From assembly GCF_001194135.2 (NCBI RefSeq), contig NC_068987.1, forward strand, positions 30,884,734 to 30,921,391: DNA of 36,658 nt, in the 5' to 3' direction. Positions 31,922 through 36,658 of the stretch are shown piece by piece (position 1 is the first letter of the stretch; every line of letters starts with the position of its first letter). The notes beneath the pieces were generated by a model. The model saw nothing but the letters and a program-made list of their open reading frames with translations, did not search any database and was not told the origin of the DNA. The stretch is from Octopus bimaculoides (lineage: Eukaryota). The position numbers and the translations under genes were made by a program.

Positions 31922-32240
31922 AACCACACCTCTGCTGCAGAATCATCATCGTTTAACGTCTGCTTTCCATGCTAGCATGGGCTGGACGGTTTGACTGAGG
32001 ACTGGTGAACCAGATGGCTGCACCAGGCTCCAATCTGATTTGGCAGAGTTTCTACAGCTGGATGCCCTTCCTAACACCAACCACTCCGAGAGTGTAGTGG
32101 GTGCTTTTACATGCCACCGGCACGAAGGCCAGTCAGGCGGTACTGGCAACGGCCACGCTCAAAATGGTGTATTTTACATGCCACCTGCACAGGAGTCAGT
32201 CCAGCGGCACTGGCAACGATCTCGGTCGAAAGTCCTACAC
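31922..32240 (-). mobile_element. Family B (LINE 3' end) copy
   Basis: CATCATCGTTTAACGTCTGCTTTCCATGC...; reverse complement of 6850-7140. Confidence 0.82.
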
Positions 32241-33384
32241 TGGTGTAGTGTTGTAAGTCTGAAGTCACCTGAATGAATCGCTCCAGTTTACTGGTATAAA
32301 GCAGGCATGACTAATGTAACTTCCATTTTGGATAGAGCACCAGTCAAGTTCAGGTAACATTTGCAGATGATTCAGTATCTGTTCCAAATAGTTAGAGGGA
32401 CTGGGTCATGTAGAAATGTGTGGTTCAAATACACAACAAAATAATCTGCTTCAGAAGAATATAAAAGACCTGTGTTTATGTTCTATTTAGAAAAATAAGA
32501 GATCAAGATTTTCTTGAATATGGGGATAGCAATTACTGTATAATTAAAAAGTTCGCTTTACAGTTATGTGGTTTTGAGTTCCCTCCCACAGTACAGCACC
32601 TTGGGCATGTGTCTTCTGCTGTCGCCCAAAACTAATCAGTGCTTTGTGAGTGAAATTGGTAGATGGAAAGAAACTGTATGAAGCCTATCATATGCATGTG
32701 CATGTGCGTATGTGCATGCATGTGTATAAATGCATGTGCACAAGTGTATGACTAAATGAATGTTTACATTGTGTGCTTTACATGAAAAGGCATTTAGCAA
32801 CAAACTGTGATGTCAGTTGTTATTCTCTTTCAAGTAATTGTGAATTAACTCTGCACTCTCAGAGACATGTGAAATAAGAAGAGTCTCTTACTAGAAAAAT
32901 AGGTAAGAGTTAGTGACAGGAAAGGCATCCATCTGTAAAAAAATACCTTGCTAAGATATATTTATCTAACTCATGCTGTCATGGAAAAACAGACATAAAG
33001 TGAACAAATTAATGAGTGATGGACCAAATGAACAAAGCTGGTTTAATACATGGAGCTTTTTCTACAAGCCAATAAAATACTTGTCAGGTCTGTAAGTCAC
33101 AGATGCCGCTAACAAATGGAATGGGCAATGTTGGGATGTGCTCGGTTGTAGGTCTGCTCAGTCAGGTTGACCAGGAGCTAAACAACAACAACAACAGTTT
33201 AAAGCTAAATCAGCCAACAAGTGAACTTCTACATGGCCACTCAATCTACTAGAAATAGCAGCCAAATCTCATTTAAAGGACCCTCAACTATCTTAATAAC
33301 TAAATAATATAAATACAGACACATTGCATATATAGATATGATGATGAAGTGAAAGGTGGTGAGCTACCAGAGTCATTGGGATGC

Positions 33385-33570
33385 TGGACAAAATATTTAA
33401 TGGCATTTTGTCTGTCTTTACATTCTGCGTTTAAATTCTGCTGAGGTCTACTTTACCCATTCTCCTTTTTGAGGTCAATAAAATAAGTACCAGTTGAGTA
33501 CTGGGGTTGATGTAATTGATTAGCCCCCACCTCCCCAAAATTGCTGGTCTTGTGCCAAAATTTGGAATTG
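33385..33570 (+). mobile_element. SINE family C-related copy
   Basis: GTTTAAATTCTGCTGAGGTCTACTTTACC...AAGTACCAGTTGAGTACTGGGG. Confidence 0.65.
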
Positions 33571-33656
33571 ATACTATGATGAAGTGGTCACAGTTGGATT
33601 GTTTGTGGTCATAGGTCGTCTGGTTCAGACTTGGGAATAAATCACAGCTTAAAGCA

Positions 33657-34190
33657 GTGGTTCTCAATCGGGTGCCCCTCAGGCTCCTAGTTGTCAGTAA
33701 AGTAAATACAGGGGTCATCATCATCATCATCATCATTTGGCATTTCTTATCCATGTTGGACAGTTTGACCAGGGCCAGTAAGCTGAGGCACTGCACCAGA
33801 CTCCAGTCTGATTTGAAATAATTTCTACGGCTGGATGCCCTTCCTAATGCCAGCCACTCCGAGAGTGTAATGGGTGCTTTTACGGGTCTTCTCAATGTAA
33901 TGGGTGCTTGATGAGTCTTCTCAAGCATGGCATATTGCCAAAGGTCTTAGTCATTTGTCATTGCCTCCATGAGGCCCAACATTCAAGAGGTGCTTTTTAC
34001 ACATGCCACTGGCACGGGTGCCAGTTACATGACACCAGCATTAGCCATAACTACGATTTCATTTGGCTTGATAGGTCTTTTCAAGCATGGTATATTGCCA
34101 AAGATAGATCATTCATAAATCAAGGGTCTATGGGAAAATTAATTTGATTAAAAATAAACCCTTGTCAGTGAAAAATTTAGGAACCACAAC
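33657..34190. mobile_element. hAT-type MITE remnant with a family B insertion (~33716-34110, minus)
   Basis: CAGTGGTTCTCAAT left end and GGAACCAC right end; related to 6612-7371. Confidence 0.55.
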
Positions 34191-34517
34191 TAATAACAGG
34201 GGCCAGGGTTTGAACCAGCAACCTTTTGGTTGTTTGTCGGTTGATCTAGGCATTTAGTAATTTTATTCATAAGCATCCTGATAATTTATCTATTTATTTA
34301 TTTATTTATCTATTTTTTTATGGTTTTTCACTAAGAATGGGGGCAGCACTTAAGACCCACTGAGACTGCTGGGAATATCTATTCCTGCTCTCCTAAACTA
34401 TCAGCTTGCATACAATAGCTTTGTCAGTTAATAATCATGCAATTTTGTCACTACTTATTTAGTTAAGAATTTTAAGATATGTCATTAGAGAAATTAATGC
34501 AACCAAAGTAACAATAC

Positions 34518-34988
34518 CTGTTTAAAGGAATGTTTTAAGCTATGTTTCTGTAATTCCACTAAAAATGGTGTCAGATTCCATAATTTTCTACTGTCATTTA
34601 GATCCAAGGTTCCTTTGGCTGCTGAAACAAAATTTTCATTGAAGATGTCACAGTTGATTTTCCAACTGCTTTTGTCTTGATAATCAATATAAATATTTTT
34701 CAGTTTCTCAGATAGCTGTGTGCTAGACAAAATATCATAATAAGTGTTCTCCTGACACAAATCTTCAAACAATGTATCTATCTTCCAGCAATCAGCCATA
34801 TGAATCATATTGTTTTTCTCTTGGTGTAAACGGATGCAGTGTGAATGTTGAAGCAAAGTGAATCCCCCAGCAACGGTAAAAGCGATCCGAATTAATTTTT
34901 CTCCATGCCATAAACCAACGTCTTGAAGATTTGAAGAGCTGTAGGTAAGAACACCAGGTCCAAGTCTTTCATCTTCTTTATATAAACC
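34518..34988 (-). CDS. ANKMY1: ANKMY1-like, most 5' exon recognised in window (MORN-type repeat region), 157 codons, phase 0/0
   Basis: ttctag|GGT...CAG|gtattg. Reads GLYKEDERLGPGVLTYSSSNLQDVGLWHGEKLIRI...WNLTPFLVELQKHSLKHSFKQ, matching my recollection of human ANKMY1 [33 protein letters not shown]. Confidence 0.92.
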
Positions 34989-35049
34989 CTAGAATATAAC
35001 AAAAATACAACAAAAATGGAAAGGGAAACACCAAAGGCTGGGTTGAGAA

Positions 35050-35430
35050 TGATGCAGTCAAAAACTGAAGGTAATGCAAGTTGGGAAAAGTAGAAAATGT
35101 ACCAGTGAAAGTTGGACAAGAACCAGTTGAAGAAGTTACAAGCTTCACATATCTGGGAAGCATAGTGACAAGCAACAGCAATGTAGAGAGATGTAAGATT
35201 GACAACACTTTGGTGTAGCAATAACATAAGTATAGAGCTGAAGATTTGTCTGAACAAAAGAGCAATACTGCCCTTAGCAATCTAGGCAGTTGAGACCTGG
35301 AAGATGACAGCAAAAATTGCTCACCAACTCGACATATTTTATCAGTGGAGCCTCAGAACGATCCCAAGAATCACTTATTGAGATAGTGAAAAATGAAGCC
35401 ATTCTCCAAGCAGCAAAAATAAAGCCCCTG
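35050..35430 (+). pseudogene. RTE-clade LINE C-terminal fragment
   Basis: VKVGQEPVEEVTSFTYLGSIVTSNS...AVETWKMTAKIAHQLDIFYQWSLRTI, with stops. Confidence 0.7.
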
Positions 35431-35637
35431 CATGTAGTTCTAACCATATTCGCATTTACTTTGAATGAGAATCCACTCAGAGGAATTGCATTTTAGAAAG
35501 GGAAATAGAGACAATATTCATGAACAATCTTTCAAATGAAACAAATTATAAACGCTATGAGTTCAGTTAAACGAATGAAAGTGCTAATAAAAAATTATCC
35601 AGAATTCTGACTGCTTCTTTTCCTTAAAATATATATC

Positions 35638-36000
35638 TTTTACCTTTTACTTGTTTCAGTCATTAGACTGCAGCCATGTTGGAGCACCACCTAGGAGTAT
35701 TTTTAGTCAAATGAATTAACCCCAGAACTTTTTCTTTTAAAAGCTGGTACTTATTCTGTTGGTCTCTTTTGCTGAACTGGCATGCTGGAAGGCTGCACCA
35801 GACTCCAGTCTGATTTGGCATGGTTTCTCCAGCTGAATGCTTTCCTAATGCCAACCACTCTGAGAGTGTAATGGGTGCTTTTACGTGTCACTGGGATGGG
35901 TTCCATTTGTCTGACACAGGTATCTGCCACAACTGCGATTTTGCTCAGCTTGATGGGTCTTCTTCCCAAGCACAACATAATGCCTTAGATGTCAAACATT
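35638..36000 (-). mobile_element. Fused SINE A 3' fragment and family B fragment
   Basis: CAGTCATTAGACTGCAGCCATG... followed by CTGATTTGGCATGGTTTCTCCAGCTGAATGCTTTCCTAATGCCAACC. Confidence 0.65.
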
Positions 36001-36332
36001 GTCACTTGATGCTAACACACAGACATAGCAGGGAACCTACAAAAATTTCTAAGACCAGTCATGTGAGGATCCAGTACCAATCAAATCCTATTCAGAACAT
36101 ATAAAAACAGAGAAATCTTCAGACAATAGTCAGAAGCTAGGCAGCTGTGACATAAGCCATGTCTTTCTATTTGAATTTTTTGAAAATCAGTGTAAACTGT
36201 GAAACCGATTAAAGATTCAAATATATTAATAAAAAATATTTTAATTATTCTCAGCGCATTTTCAACTTCTATTGTTCCTATATTTCTACCCATGTGGAAT
36301 AAAATAGCTTCGTTTCATATATATATATATAT

Positions 36333-36623
36333 CCACCTATGGATATAATAATAGATTCCTTTATTTTTTCTGTCTCCGATGAAGGGAAGTACTGGATCTT
36401 CCCAGAAACAGCTGTAAGACTCTATCCATAAAATACTTCTCCAACCTTACCATTGCTCTCTTTATCTTTTTATTTTTATATATTTACATATACACACACT
36501 AATACACGACTTATAATCCCCAATCCTGTTCATACATCGACTGGGGCAAACTAGTCGGTATACAGCACTTACTCAGTATTACCTGTATCCTCTTGGGTTT
36601 GGTTAAATCCAATACCCTCCTCA

Positions 36624-36628
<5 letters not shown>
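36333..36628 (+). mobile_element. Probable Penelope-like pseudo-LTR fragment between (AT)n tracts, carrying a hammerhead-like motif
   Basis: Contains GTCT-CCGATGA-A-GGGAAG-loop-CTTCCC-A-GAAA-CAGCTG-TA-AGAC; family assignment inferred from this motif only. Confidence 0.5.
36372..36420 (+). ncRNA. Minimal type-I hammerhead ribozyme-like motif, GUA cleavage triplet
   Basis: Stem I GTCT/AGAC, core CCGATGA (U4C variant), stem II GGGAAG/CTTCCC, GAAA, palindromic stem III ACAGCTGT. Confidence 0.6.

Positions 36629-36658
<30 letters not shown>
36629..36658. repeat. (AT)n microsatellite
   Basis: Direct reading. Confidence 0.97.

Noticed and set aside
32040-32276. Recurrent peptide AEFLQLDALPNANHSESVVGAFTC in many ORFs
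   Set aside because: Antisense reading of the family B repeat, not a gene family.
34892-35313. 121-aa and 111-aa minus-strand ORFs
   Set aside because: Off-frame overlap with the real exon start plus antisense of an RTE LINE fragment.

Overview
Eukaryotic, AT-rich, repeat-dense genomic DNA with six N-gaps. The SINE, LINE and microsatellite landscape suggests an octopus or other coleoid cephalopod (inference). The whole window lies inside one minus-strand gene, an ANKMY1 orthologue (MORN + ankyrin repeats; the MYND domain is expected beyond position 1). Nine GT-AG exons were read by eye (34988 down to 1220) and splice in frame into 723 codons. The introns contain several tRNA-derived SINE families, RTE-clade LINE pieces, Tc1/mariner relics (DD34D and DD37D), piggyBac-type and hAT-type MITEs and microsatellites. 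The most unusual feature is a pair of TSD-flanked palindromic insertions (22902-23688 and 23998-25846). Their arms consist of a tRNA-like Pol III head, an (AAT)n tract and a body with a minimal type-I hammerhead-ribozyme-like motif. Arms within an insertion share private mutations. A different hammerhead-like motif lies at 36372-36420. Protein and family assignments come from recalled motifs, not database searches, and repeat boundaries are approximate unless a TSD is given.
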